From positions 5,568,001 to 5,632,000 of the forward strand of contig OZ241867.1 of the NCBI GenBank assembly GCA_965203175.1: a stretch of 64,000 bases of DNA. The letters are read 5' to 3'. Shown here piece by piece: positions 28,584-37,198 of the stretch. Positions within the stretch are counted from its first letter, which is position 1; the number at the start of each line of letters is the position of its first letter. Below the pieces are notes generated by a model that was not told the DNA's origin, did no database searches, and was given only the letters and a program-made list of their open reading frames with translations. Origin of the DNA: Candidatus Latescibacterota bacterium. Its GTDB lineage: Bacteria > Latescibacterota > UBA2968 > UBA8231. The translations under genes and the position numbers were made by a program.

Positions 28584-30877
28584 AACTCCACAGCTTCGCG
28601 CTTCATCGCGCGCAAGGTCGCGGTGGTGCCAAAGAAGACGATCAAAAAGAGCAGCACTGCAATCGCGGTGGCCTCCCCCACCTTGAACTCAGTAAACATA
28701 GCCTGCACCATCCGCGTGCCAATCACGTGGTTGTCGGTCGTCGGCCGCTGATTGGTCAACAGCCAAATCACCTCAAACGCCTTCATCCCGCCGATGATCA
28801 TAAACACAATCGCTATCGACAGGATTTCCCAAATCAGTGGCATGGTAATCGACCAAAACTGCCGCCATGCCGAGGCCCCGTCGATGTCGGCCGCCTCGTA
28901 CATGCTCTGCGGAATGCTCTCCATCGCCGCCAAAAACAGCACCATGTTGAACCCAGCCGCGCCCCAGATCGACATGGGTATCAGCGCCCAGTAGAGGTTG
29001 TCCTGCGCCAGCCAAGCAAACCCCTCAAACCCCTCCAAGCCCAAGGCCACCAACACCGTATTGATCGGCCCACCCTGTGGATTGTATAAGTGCATCCACA
29101 GCAAAGTCGCCGCGACCCCGCCGAGAATATTGGGAAAAAAGAAGACGATGCGGAAGAGCTTGGCCCCAATGACCTCGCGGCTGATGCACACCGCCAGAAA
29201 AAGCGCCAGCGGCAACACGCAAAGCGGGATGACAAACATGATGAAGAGATTGTTCGACAGCGCAATCCAAAACTCGTCGCTCTCAAACAGCAACCGTTGG
29301 AAGTGCAACAGCCCGACGAAAACCATCTCGGTCAGCCCATCCCAGCGCATCGCGCTCCAGACAAAGGACTTGATACTGGGCACCACCACGAAGAGCGTAT
29401 AGAATGCCGCCGCCGGACCGACGAAGAACACCACCCCAGCCCAGCCTAGGCGCACGGTGCTAGTAGGTCGGGGCACTTGGCCAGCCTGTTTTTCGCGCCA
29501 CTGCCGCGCCGTCGTGTACAACCAGTAGCCCATCGCCAGCGCCAACAGCCCCAACAGCAGCGCAGGTTTCCACAGGTGGCGAATGGTAATTTGGTCGGGT
29601 TGCTGACTGCGATTGCGCACCGCCTCAGCCGCTGACTCCAGCTCTTGGGCTGCCTCCTCCGGCGTGATCTGCCCATTGACGATCTTGAAGCGCACGTCGT
29701 TGAGAAACTGGTCCATCTCCGGGAAGCCTTCGCCCGGAGCAGTGCCATAGCTCGTAGTCGCCTGCTGCGCTAGTTCCACCAAGTCCTGCAAATCTTCGCT
29801 AGTCCGTCCCTCCATCGCCCCATTAATGGCCACCAAAACATCGCGCATCTCGGCGAAGGTGCCTGCCATTTCCCGCGAGCTCATAAAGCGCAAAAAATCC
29901 ACGCCCAACTCGGGGTGGGCGCTGTTTTTGAAGACAAAGTAATACCCGGCACCAGTATATATGGCACCGGGTTCGCCAGCTCCTCCCTCGACCACTGGCA
30001 AATTAAACGCCCCCAAGCGGAAGCCATCGGGGATTTTGCCCATCATCTCGCTCTTGAGCCAAGAGCCGCAAAAAACCATCGCCGTATGCCCCAAGAAAAA
30101 CTCGAGTTGCGCCTCGGTGTGGCTCATGCCGAGGGCACCGGGTTGGAAGTACTCCTGCGCCGTGCGCTGAATAAGCCCGAGCGCTGTCTCGTATTCGGGG
30201 TTGGCAAAACTGCCCGGCACTAGATCCTTCTGCTCGTAGAATCGGGCGCGGCCAGCGAGATGATAATAGGCATTGTCGGTCACGCCGCCGATATAGCCTG
30301 GATAGCGCCCCTGAAAGGCCAGCGGCCAGATCCCTGCGGCGCGGATTTGCTCACAGAGAGCGAAAAACTCGTCCCAAGTGCGCGGCGGTACCCAGCCGTG
30401 CTCTGCGAACATGTTCTTGTTATACCAGACGGCGTAAACCGAATAGAGGAAGGGGAGGCCGTAAATCTTGCCTTCGTACTCATAGCGGTCGAGGCTACCG
30501 GGCAGGAAGGACTCACGCCAAGTCTGGTCCCCGTTCCAATTTGGTCCGTCCAAATAGTCGTCGAGGGGCAGGATTTCGCCGTTGCGGATCAGCGCCCAAT
30601 AATTGAGACCCGCGTTGCTGACTTCCGGAAACGTCCCTTCGAGAATCCGCACCCGCACCTTGTCGGCGATGCGCGGATCGCCGTAGAGATCAACCTGCAC
30701 ATCGGGACGGACTTTTTCGTATTCGCGTGCGGCAAAAAAGAAAAATTCCAATCCCGCACCACCCTCAAAAATGGGCACTTCAACGCGAGTCGCCGCTTGC
30801 GCTGTCGCCGAGCCGCCAAGCAGCCCCAGCACAACGACCGTCCAGCCGATGACTTTGTTAGGCGTTATTATTTTCAA
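28580..30877 (-). CDS. Fused solute-binding protein + CUT1 permease (MalE-MalF-like fusion)
   Basis: About 430-aa SBP (IYGLP, WYNK, PRTWDEF, AM...GSW) followed in frame by a permease (FVGL.HF, YEAADIDGA). Confidence 0.88.
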   Translation of the reverse strand: MKIITPNKVIGWTVVVLGLLGGSATAQAATRVEVPIFEGGAGLEFFFFAAREYEKVRPDVQVDLYGDPRIADKVRVRILEGTFPEVSNAGLNYWALIRNGEILPLDDYLDGPNWNGDQTWRESFLPGSLDRYEYEGKIYGLPFLYSVYAVWYNKNMFAEHGWVPPRTWDEFFALCEQIRAAGIWPLAFQGRYPGYIGGVTDNAYYHLAGRARFYEQKDLVPGSFANPEYETALGLIQRTAQEYFQPGALGMSHTEAQLEFFLGHTAMVFCGSWLKSEMMGKIPDGFRLGAFNLPVVEGGAGEPGAIYTGAGYYFVFKNSAHPELGVDFLRFMSSREMAGTFAEMRDVLVAINGAMEGRTSEDLQDLVELAQQATTSYGTAPGEGFPEMDQFLNDVRFKIVNGQITPEEAAQELESAAEAVRNRSQQPDQITIRHLWKPALLLGLLALAMGYWLYTTARQWREKQAGQVPRPTSTVRLGWAGVVFFVGPAAAFYTLFVVVPSIKSFVWSAMRWDGLTEMVFVGLLHFQRLLFESDEFWIALSNNLFIMFVIPLCVLPLALFLAVCISREVIGAKLFRIVFFFPNILGGVAATLLWMHLYNPQGGPINTVLVALGLEGFEGFAWLAQDNLYWALIPMSIWGAAGFNMVLFLAAMESIPQSMYEAADIDGASAWRQFWSITMPLIWEILSIAIVFMIIGGMKAFEVIWLLTNQRPTTDNHVIGTRMVQAMFTEFKVGEATAIAVLLFLIVFFGTTATLRAMKREAVEF

Positions 30878-30969
30878 AAGAACTGCTAGAAGTCGGCGGT
30901 TGCTCTAGGCCTGTTTGTCATGGCAACCTCTCGTAAAGAATTGATATAAACGGCCTTTTGCATAAAAAC

Positions 30970-31008
30970 ACCCTCTGCGAGAGAAGTGCCGCCTCTCTCG
31001 CAGAGGGT
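30970..31008 (-). terminator. Rho-independent terminator
   Basis: ACCCTCTGCGAGAGA-N9-TCTCTCGCAGAGGGT perfect 15-bp stem, followed by GTTTTT on the minus strand. Confidence 0.85.
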
Positions 31009-31026
31009 AAAAAGCAGAAAGAAAAC

Positions 31027-31923
31027 CTACTTGCTAAAACTCGCCTTGATCCGCGCCCACGATCGGTCCTCAACCGCAGTAGCGTCGTCGGCACCGACTA
31101 GCTGGCCATCAACGAAGCGCTCGGCAAAGCGGAAGGTCGCCGCTTGGCCGGAGAGGGTATGATAGCCCCGGTACTCCTGAGGAGCCTTGTCGAAGTCCGG
31201 CATGGCGATCTGGAAGCCAATGATGTGGCCGGGCTCCAAGTCCGTAGCCACGCTGGCCGCTTGGTCGCTAAAGACGATATCGTCATAGGGCGTGACGTAG
31301 ATTTCGAGAATCGACGTAGTTGGTGCTTCGCCGACCGACTTGCCGCCACCATCGCTCAGAGGCGGCGAGTTGAGCCAGTCGGCCCGGCCGGGATAGCCCA
31401 AAAATCGCCCGTCGGGCGAATCGAAAATCGCGTTCCATTTCTGGGCTTGGCGATTTTGGTTGAGCGCCTTCTCCTCGTCGGTCATGGTCTCGTCGTTGCC
31501 AAAATTGTACTGGCCACCGGAGTGGTCGCCATCCACCATGAACTCGACCGAATCGTGCTGCCACACCGAAGCGGGTGCACCGCCGGCGTACTCGTTGATG
31601 TACACATCGTCGGTGCGCTCGGCCGCGAGGTAAAGCCGATTGTTGGTGTTGTTCCAACCCAGCCAGACCCGGTAGTCCATATCGGCTGGGTTGTACTGAG
31701 CACCGTCGCCAACGGTCGGATCAGCGAAAAAATCCTCCGGCGTGAGCGAAGCGTCGCCGACCACATCCTCCCAATCTGAGATATCCCCATCGAAGAGGTC
31801 GATATCCCCTAAATCGGCATCCGGGATTTCGAAGATCAGAAAGATCTTTTCGCCGATGTGGGCATGGGCACTGCCAGCCAGCACGAGGGCCAGCATGAGG
31901 CAAAACGTACTGATGAGTCGCAT
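31027..31923 (-). CDS. Secreted DOMON/CBM9-like protein with C-terminal TAVE..SW..IKA tail
   Basis: Signal peptide AHA|H; DGDISDW, LYLAAERTDD, DSVEFMVDGDHSGG and IIGFQI..DFD; RBS AAAGGAGG. Confidence 0.7.
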   Translation of the reverse strand: MRLISTFCLMLALVLAGSAHAHIGEKIFLIFEIPDADLGDIDLFDGDISDWEDVVGDASLTPEDFFADPTVGDGAQYNPADMDYRVWLGWNNTNNRLYLAAERTDDVYINEYAGGAPASVWQHDSVEFMVDGDHSGGQYNFGNDETMTDEEKALNQNRQAQKWNAIFDSPDGRFLGYPGRADWLNSPPLSDGGGKSVGEAPTTSILEIYVTPYDDIVFSDQAASVATDLEPGHIIGFQIAMPDFDKAPQEYRGYHTLSGQAATFRFAERFVDGQLVGADDATAVEDRSWARIKASFSK

Positions 31924-31982
31924 AAAAGCACCTCCTTTGGGTTTGCTTTTAAGTGCGCGTCGCCGGTGTAAGCGACCTTGGT

Positions 31983-32732
31983 TCACTCTCCGAGCACATC
32001 CTTACTCTCCACGCTCGGACACCAGAATTTTTCGATAAACTCGACCACCAAGCCCGTGCCCTCGTCGTGGCTGACGTAGGGCGGCATGGCTGGATTGTAC
32101 ATTGCGTCAGTCAAGTCGCGGATCAGCGCCACATCCACCCCCCAGCGCACCATCTGCTTAATTGCAAAAGTCCGGTGCAAAACGCACATATTGGTATGAA
32201 CGCCCATAATCAGCAGATGGGCAATCCCTTGGTGCTGCAAGCAACTATACACCTCCGTCCCCTCATCCGAAATAATATCCCGCTCTTGATCGATCCCAAT
32301 CCCCGGATGCTGCCGATTCCAAGCCTTGTAGGTCTCGGTCTCGCCCGTGTCCGCCCCGTGGTCAGAGGCATCCACCGGCAGCGGCGGATCTGGGCGCTCG
32401 GCGGCGGGCGGCGGCTCAACTTGGGCGGCCGCGAGCGCGCGCTGACGAGCCGGTGCATCGGCGTAAAAATCCATGGTATTCGAAGGCGCGTGGACGATCA
32501 AGCCGCCGGCCGCGCGCACCACTCGGACCACCGCGTCCATCCGCTCGATCATAGCGTCGAGGCGCTCGACCGCACCGCGGCACCAGTGGCCGTTCCACAC
32601 GTCGCAGAGCAAGAGCGCGGTTTGGTCCGCTGCCCAGTCTTGGGTGTTGGTCTGCACCTGCCAGATAGCGTGGCCGCCCTCGTCTTGTGCAAGGCGCTGG
32701 GAACGCAAATTGAGTCGCAAAACGTTGCTCAT
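31983..32732 (-). CDS. Isochorismatase/cysteine hydrolase family protein
   Basis: TALLLCDVW..HWC, GVHTNMCV and RDLTDAMY motifs. Confidence 0.8.
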   Translation of the reverse strand: MSNVLRLNLRSQRLAQDEGGHAIWQVQTNTQDWAADQTALLLCDVWNGHWCRGAVERLDAMIERMDAVVRVVRAAGGLIVHAPSNTMDFYADAPARQRALAAAQVEPPPAAERPDPPLPVDASDHGADTGETETYKAWNRQHPGIGIDQERDIISDEGTEVYSCLQHQGIAHLLIMGVHTNMCVLHRTFAIKQMVRWGVDVALIRDLTDAMYNPAMPPYVSHDEGTGLVVEFIEKFWCPSVESKDVLGE

Positions 32733-32741
32733 GTTGTCCTC

Positions 32742-33812
32742 TTAATCAGTTTCGCCCGACCAGTAATCCACCGCGTCAGCGCGGCGGAAAATGCGCTGTC
32801 GGTCTAAGGAACGGATGTTAATTTTGTCGGAATCGGGATATTGGGCTAAATCGTGCGGCAGGACATTGCTCAAGGCCAAGAGTACGCAAGGTTGCTGTCC
32901 TTGATTGGTGAACTTGTGAGCGCTGCGGGGACCGGGTGGGAACGCGATAAAATCACCCTGTTCTACCGCCACTGGACCTCGGGGACTGATCAGCGTACAG
33001 GCCCCTTCGAGGATGTAGAACATTTCCTCTTCAAAGTGGTGAAAGTGCTGCGGACAGATCGACTGGCCAGCGGACAGGCGGAAGAGGCAGTAGCCCAGAT
33101 GCTGGCCACCGATGAGCGGGTCGATATCCTTGATCTCCCAGCGGTAGCCCGCAGGTCCACCCCCCGACGTCCAAGGGATATCCTCTACATTGATCTTATT
33201 GATGTAAATGTCGGTCCGTTCTTCCAAGCATTCGAGCAACAGTCGGCGGGCGTCGTGCATAACGGAGTGCCCGTCGCCCATCAACAGAGTGTCAAAATCG
33301 AGTTGCAATAATTTGCGCAGACCCAAGGCCGCTTGAGGCGGATCGGCGAGCTTGGCGTCCGGCAACAAAGTAATGCGGCCCAGTGGCGCACCGACGACCA
33401 GATCGCCCGCTAAGACCAGCTTGAGGGTCGGCCAGTACAGAGCAATCTCACCCGGACTCTTACCGTGTGCCAAATGCACCACCTGGAGCCCAGGGACAAT
33501 CTCCTCGCCGTCGTCCAGTCGGCGATCCGGGGGCTGGTCAAACAAGTCGGCATCGGCGCGGTGGGCGGCGATGCGAGCACCGGTGCGGTCCTGAAAAAAG
33601 GCAGCTTCGCGCTCGTGGTCGCGGTTGGTCAGCACGATCCAAGCAGCTCCGCCCAGTTGATCGAACTGCTCCAAATCAGCCGCTGCCATGGGCACCGGAT
33701 CGATCAGGACATTGCCTTCTTCACGCACCCACAGATGACCGTTGAAGTCGATTTGGCGTTCTTGGCTGAAGATGGACCAAGAATAGAAGTTTGTAATGGC
33801 TATTTCTTTCAC
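32742..33812 (-). CDS. Metallo-beta-lactamase-fold + cupin fusion protein
   Basis: LIDP..LTNRDHER..AGD..GDGH, then HFHHFEEE.FYILEG..GD.IAFP.G..AH. Confidence 0.8.
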   Translation of the reverse strand: MKEIAITNFYSWSIFSQERQIDFNGHLWVREEGNVLIDPVPMAAADLEQFDQLGGAAWIVLTNRDHEREAAFFQDRTGARIAAHRADADLFDQPPDRRLDDGEEIVPGLQVVHLAHGKSPGEIALYWPTLKLVLAGDLVVGAPLGRITLLPDAKLADPPQAALGLRKLLQLDFDTLLMGDGHSVMHDARRLLLECLEERTDIYINKINVEDIPWTSGGGPAGYRWEIKDIDPLIGGQHLGYCLFRLSAGQSICPQHFHHFEEEMFYILEGACTLISPRGPVAVEQGDFIAFPPGPRSAHKFTNQGQQPCVLLALSNVLPHDLAQYPDSDKINIRSLDRQRIFRRADAVDYWSGETD

Positions 33813-33836
33813 AGTGTATGTTCGTCGATTTAGGAA

Positions 33837-34112
33837 TTACCGTAACCTGAGTTCCAAACGGCGACCAAGTGCGTCTGACACTTTCCTCAGTGTGGAAAGT
33901 TTGATGTCATCGGCATGGTTCTCTAGTCGGGAAATAGCCGTCTTTTTAGTACCAATCCGATCCGCAAGCTGCTCCTGCGTAAGACCTGCCGCTTCGCGGG
34001 CTTGTCTGAGCAGAACACCTATTTCAAAATCGATATAGCCCGTCTCAAAACCCTCCGCGAATTCGGAATCTGCCTGTTTCCTATCAGAGATATATTTCTC
34101 AACATCGCTCAT
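33837..34112 (-). CDS. XRE HTH antitoxin (HigA-like)
   Basis: LLRQARE.AGLTQEQLA..IGTKKTAISRLEN; ATG overlaps the toxin stop. Confidence 0.88.
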   Translation of the reverse strand: MSDVEKYISDRKQADSEFAEGFETGYIDFEIGVLLRQAREAAGLTQEQLADRIGTKKTAISRLENHADDIKLSTLRKVSDALGRRLELRLR

Positions 34113-34293
34113 AACGAGGCTCCTTTCTTCCGTGCTAAATAGTCCTGCTGATATCGTTCAGCTCGACGAATTTGCTGCATGTCCGTCTTGCTGGTCTTCT
34201 TCAAGTATCCATGGGTAACGATTAGATTGCCTTCTTCAACGAAGAAAGAAAAGAAGCGATAGGCTCTGAGCGGCCCCCAAAGCTTGGATCACT

Positions 34294-35157
34294 TTAGATG
34301 TGAGTTGGCCGGGTCTCGGCGGGCTGATAGTTTAGGGCTTGGGCAAATTCATCGGGTGTTTTATATCCGAGGCTACTATGGGGTCGTTGCTGGTTGTACA
34401 GGCACCGATAGTCCTCCACGACGACGCGGGCTTCGGCGATCGAAAAGAAGATTTCTGGCGTAAGACACTCGGCTCGAAAACGGCTATGAAAACTTTCGAT
34501 GAGGCCATTTTGCCACGGGCTACCCGGCTCGATATACAGCGTCTGGATGTCGGCGGCAGCGCACCAATCCTGAATGAGTCGGGCGATAAATTCCGAGCCA
34601 TTATCCGAGCGCATAAACGCCGGTGCGCCCCACGCTTCGACCAGCGCTTGAAGCGTATCCAACACGTGGTCACTGGGGATCGAACGCGCCGGGTGAATGA
34701 CCAAACACTGCCGGGTATATTCATCTACGACCGTCAGCATCTTCACCGGCCGACCGTCGGTGGTTCGATCCAAAATGAAATCCCATGACCAGACATGGCC
34801 GGGATAGGCCGCCTGCACCGGAGTGCGCCGCGCCGACCGGGGGCACCGTTTCCGGCGCTCCACCGGTGGTACGCCTAACCCGGCTTGCCGCCGCACCCGC
34901 TGGACGCGTTTGCGATTGACCGTCCAACCCTCGCGGCATAAGAGCTGATGAATAAGCCGATAGCCCCAGCGCGGATGCTGTTTCGACAAGGTGATAATGC
35001 GCTGCTCCAGCCGCTGCCGCCGGTCGGTGGGGCCTTGCGGCCGATGATAATAACTCGAGGGCGCCAGCCCGACCACAAGGCAGGCCCGCCGCGTCGAGCA
35101 CATCCCCTGTTCGGCGACATAGTGGACGGCTCGTTTTTTATGCGACGGGCTTACCAT
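34294..35157 (-). CDS. IS3 transposase OrfB (DDE/rve)
   Basis: WSWDF, SDNGSEF, PWQNG.IESF and RPHSSLGY motifs. Confidence 0.95.
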   Translation of the reverse strand: MVSPSHKKRAVHYVAEQGMCSTRRACLVVGLAPSSYYHRPQGPTDRRQRLEQRIITLSKQHPRWGYRLIHQLLCREGWTVNRKRVQRVRRQAGLGVPPVERRKRCPRSARRTPVQAAYPGHVWSWDFILDRTTDGRPVKMLTVVDEYTRQCLVIHPARSIPSDHVLDTLQALVEAWGAPAFMRSDNGSEFIARLIQDWCAAADIQTLYIEPGSPWQNGLIESFHSRFRAECLTPEIFFSIAEARVVVEDYRCLYNQQRPHSSLGYKTPDEFAQALNYQPAETRPTHI

Positions 35158-35426
35158 TTTTTTGCGTTGATCGCTTGCAACACCCGATTATCCAGCATCG
35201 CTTCGGCCAGCATCTTTTTCAACTCGGCGTTTTCTTTTTCTAACGCTTTCAAGCGCTTGGCATCGGCTACATCCATACCGCCGTATTGCTTTTTCCAGCG
35301 ATAGAAGGTGCCTTCGGCGATGTTATGCACGCGACAGAGTTCGGCCACCGTTTGGCCGCCATCCGCCTGCCGCAAAATGCGGATAATTTGCTCGACAGTA
35401 CGAGATTTGCTCCCTTTGCGCTTCAT
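35151..35426 (-). CDS. IS3 transposase OrfA; A7 run near 35157-35163 is the probable -1 frameshift site
   Basis: EQII.IL..CR.H.I...TFYRWKK.YGGM...KKW*. Confidence 0.93.
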   Translation of the reverse strand: MKRKGSKSRTVEQIIRILRQADGGQTVAELCRVHNIAEGTFYRWKKQYGGMDVADAKRLKALEKENAELKKMLAEAMLDNRVLQAINAKKW

Positions 35427-35717
35427 GAGTATGCTCCTCGTTAAGAAACAAGAAAATACTCACATCCAAACCTGTCCAGGTTTAAGGGGGCAGGCCAGCT
35501 CCCCCTGTTGTCCTCACCCGACATTCCCAAATGCCATTGGTGCCGGAGAGCTTCTTTAGATACGGCTTGGGAACGTGATCGATCCGTTCGATCAGACGGA
35601 ACACCCATAAGATCTTCTGGGCATCCCTACCGTCTATGCGATCAAGAAATTCGATGACCGGGCATTTCCCGTCTTTCGTACGATAGAATTCAATGGTCCT
35701 ACTCATACATAAAATGA

Positions 35718-35731
35718 TAACATGTATGTTA
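35718..35731. promoter_or_regulatory. Palindromic operator upstream of the TA operon
   Basis: TAACAT-GT-ATGTTA, 11 nt upstream of the toxin ATG. Confidence 0.55.
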
Positions 35732-35813
35732 ACTCGCAGCAATAAGGCACATGTCACCTAACGTTGTGGATTTTCGAAGCGAGATGTACCCATCGCTCGC
35801 ATCATTGGGCTGC

Positions 35814-36287
35814 TCAGGCTTCCTCTGAGTACTCCTCAAGCACTGCGTCCGACAAGTAGGATAGGTGTTGTTCGTCAGATAATTCTCTCACGCTATCGTA
35901 AGAGATAAAGGAACATATCTCCGAAAGCGGGGCACGATCGAGTAATGAAAAGACCGGAGTGAATGAGAGAGCTTCCCAGACATGGTCCTCATGGATTGGG
36001 ACAGCCTTCTCCTTGGACAGCCAAATCTGCGGTTCTACACGAAATCGGATCACAAAGGGGTCATCCTCAAGATAGAAGAGAGGCGTACTATCCTCAAAGA
36101 ATTCGCTTGTCACCTTCAGGATACCTATCCAGCGGGAAATCTTGGTTACGTAGCAAACAAGCTTGTCCCCAGGTTTGATCTGGCTTGCGGCGTTCTTCTG
36201 GCGTACTCTAAATCCAGAGATGCTCTGATTTGATTGGGTAAAAACTTCGTATGTCTCAGGTGAAAAAAGATCTGTGTAATAAGCCAT
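35814..36287 (-). CDS. EVE-domain protein, probably internally deleted
   Basis: MAYY.DLFSPET...IKPGDKLVCYV...W.G...V EVE/PUA-like pattern, then an abrupt acidic C-terminal tail. Confidence 0.7.
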   Translation of the reverse strand: MAYYTDLFSPETYEVFTQSNQSISGFRVRQKNAASQIKPGDKLVCYVTKISRWIGILKVTSEFFEDSTPLFYLEDDPFVIRFRVEPQIWLSKEKAVPIHEDHVWEALSFTPVFSLLDRAPLSEICSFISYDSVRELSDEQHLSYLSDAVLEEYSEEA

Positions 36288-36341
36288 GTTGATTCTCGTA
36301 TAATGGTTTCAGAGCTGTTGTATCATTACTTGGGCTAAGAT

Positions 36342-37127
36342 TTACAAACAGGCCCGCACAACATCGCGTGCATTCAATAGGTCATCGCGACTTCTATGGT
36401 ACTCAAAGACGAAATAGGGTACCTGTGCCCACTCCTGTAACGCGCCGATATAGGTCGGATAGTCCAAGTACCCCGACCCCGCCGGCCCGTAGTCGACCAC
36501 CTCGCCGTTTTCGGCAAAGCGCGCATCCTTGCCGTGGGCGATTGCGATATCGGGGCCGAGCATCCGCACCGCGCGCACCAGGGGAGTGCGGTCTGGCGCG
36601 AAGTTCGCCGCGTCCATGCAGACTTTGAGTGCTTTGGATCTCACTCGGTCCTGCAATCGCAAAAAGCGCTCCACCCCATCGACGCTCCCCGCCCGCGTCA
36701 TTTCCACCGCGATGACAATGCCAAACCGCTCCGCCGCCGCGCAGGCCGTCATCAGCCCTGTGCATAGCCCCTCGAACACCGCTTGGTCGTCAACCCCCTC
36801 CTCTGGATATCCCGACGGATGCCACACCAGTACCGGTCGCACATTGTCGCCGAAACGTCCGTCGAGTGCTGCGGTTTTCTCCACGCAGCGCATCAACCTT
36901 GTGACATCCTCTCGAACCGTCCCCTTTGGCCCGACCAGATCGACGTGCAAAGTCATCGCCGCCAGCGCGATATCGGCCGCCTGGAGTACTTCGTCGATAC
37001 TCTCTACGGATGGGTCCCGCGCATCCCCATCTGCTCCCCCGCCGAAAAACATCTGCACCGCCTCGAATCCCTCAGGCCGCATCTCTGCCGCCGATAGCTG
37101 ACGGCCTGGCATCAACGCAAGTTTCAC
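36342..37127 (-). CDS. Sugar phosphate isomerase/epimerase (xylose-isomerase-like TIM barrel)
   Basis: AVE, MDAAN, HGKD, G.G.LDY and FEY motifs. Confidence 0.85.
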   Translation of the reverse strand: MKLALMPGRQLSAAEMRPEGFEAVQMFFGGGADGDARDPSVESIDEVLQAADIALAAMTLHVDLVGPKGTVREDVTRLMRCVEKTAALDGRFGDNVRPVLVWHPSGYPEEGVDDQAVFEGLCTGLMTACAAAERFGIVIAVEMTRAGSVDGVERFLRLQDRVRSKALKVCMDAANFAPDRTPLVRAVRMLGPDIAIAHGKDARFAENGEVVDYGPAGSGYLDYPTYIGALQEWAQVPYFVFEYHRSRDDLLNARDVVRACL

Positions 37128-37198
37128 GGTTCCCTCCTTCCAAAATTCGAGCCAGCGGCGAGTAAAACTCCCTACCGCTTCTTGTTGTGATTAAAACA

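Larger units (their letters stand above)
34267..35497 (-). mobile_element. IS3-family insertion sequence (IS407-like), 1231 bp
   Basis: TG...CA ends; imperfect ~40-bp IRs (TGAGCGGCCCCC...GATGTGAGT vs TGGCCTGCCCCC...GATGTGAGT); 4-bp target duplication GCTC at 34263-34266 and 35498-35501. Confidence 0.95.
34109..35706 (-). pseudogene. RelE/ParE (Gp49/HigB-like) toxin interrupted by IS3
   Basis: Removing the IS and one GCTC copy restores a 120-aa ORF MSRTIEFY...GIWECRVRTTGGA|YRFFSFF..THGYLKKT...GASL*. Confidence 0.9.
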
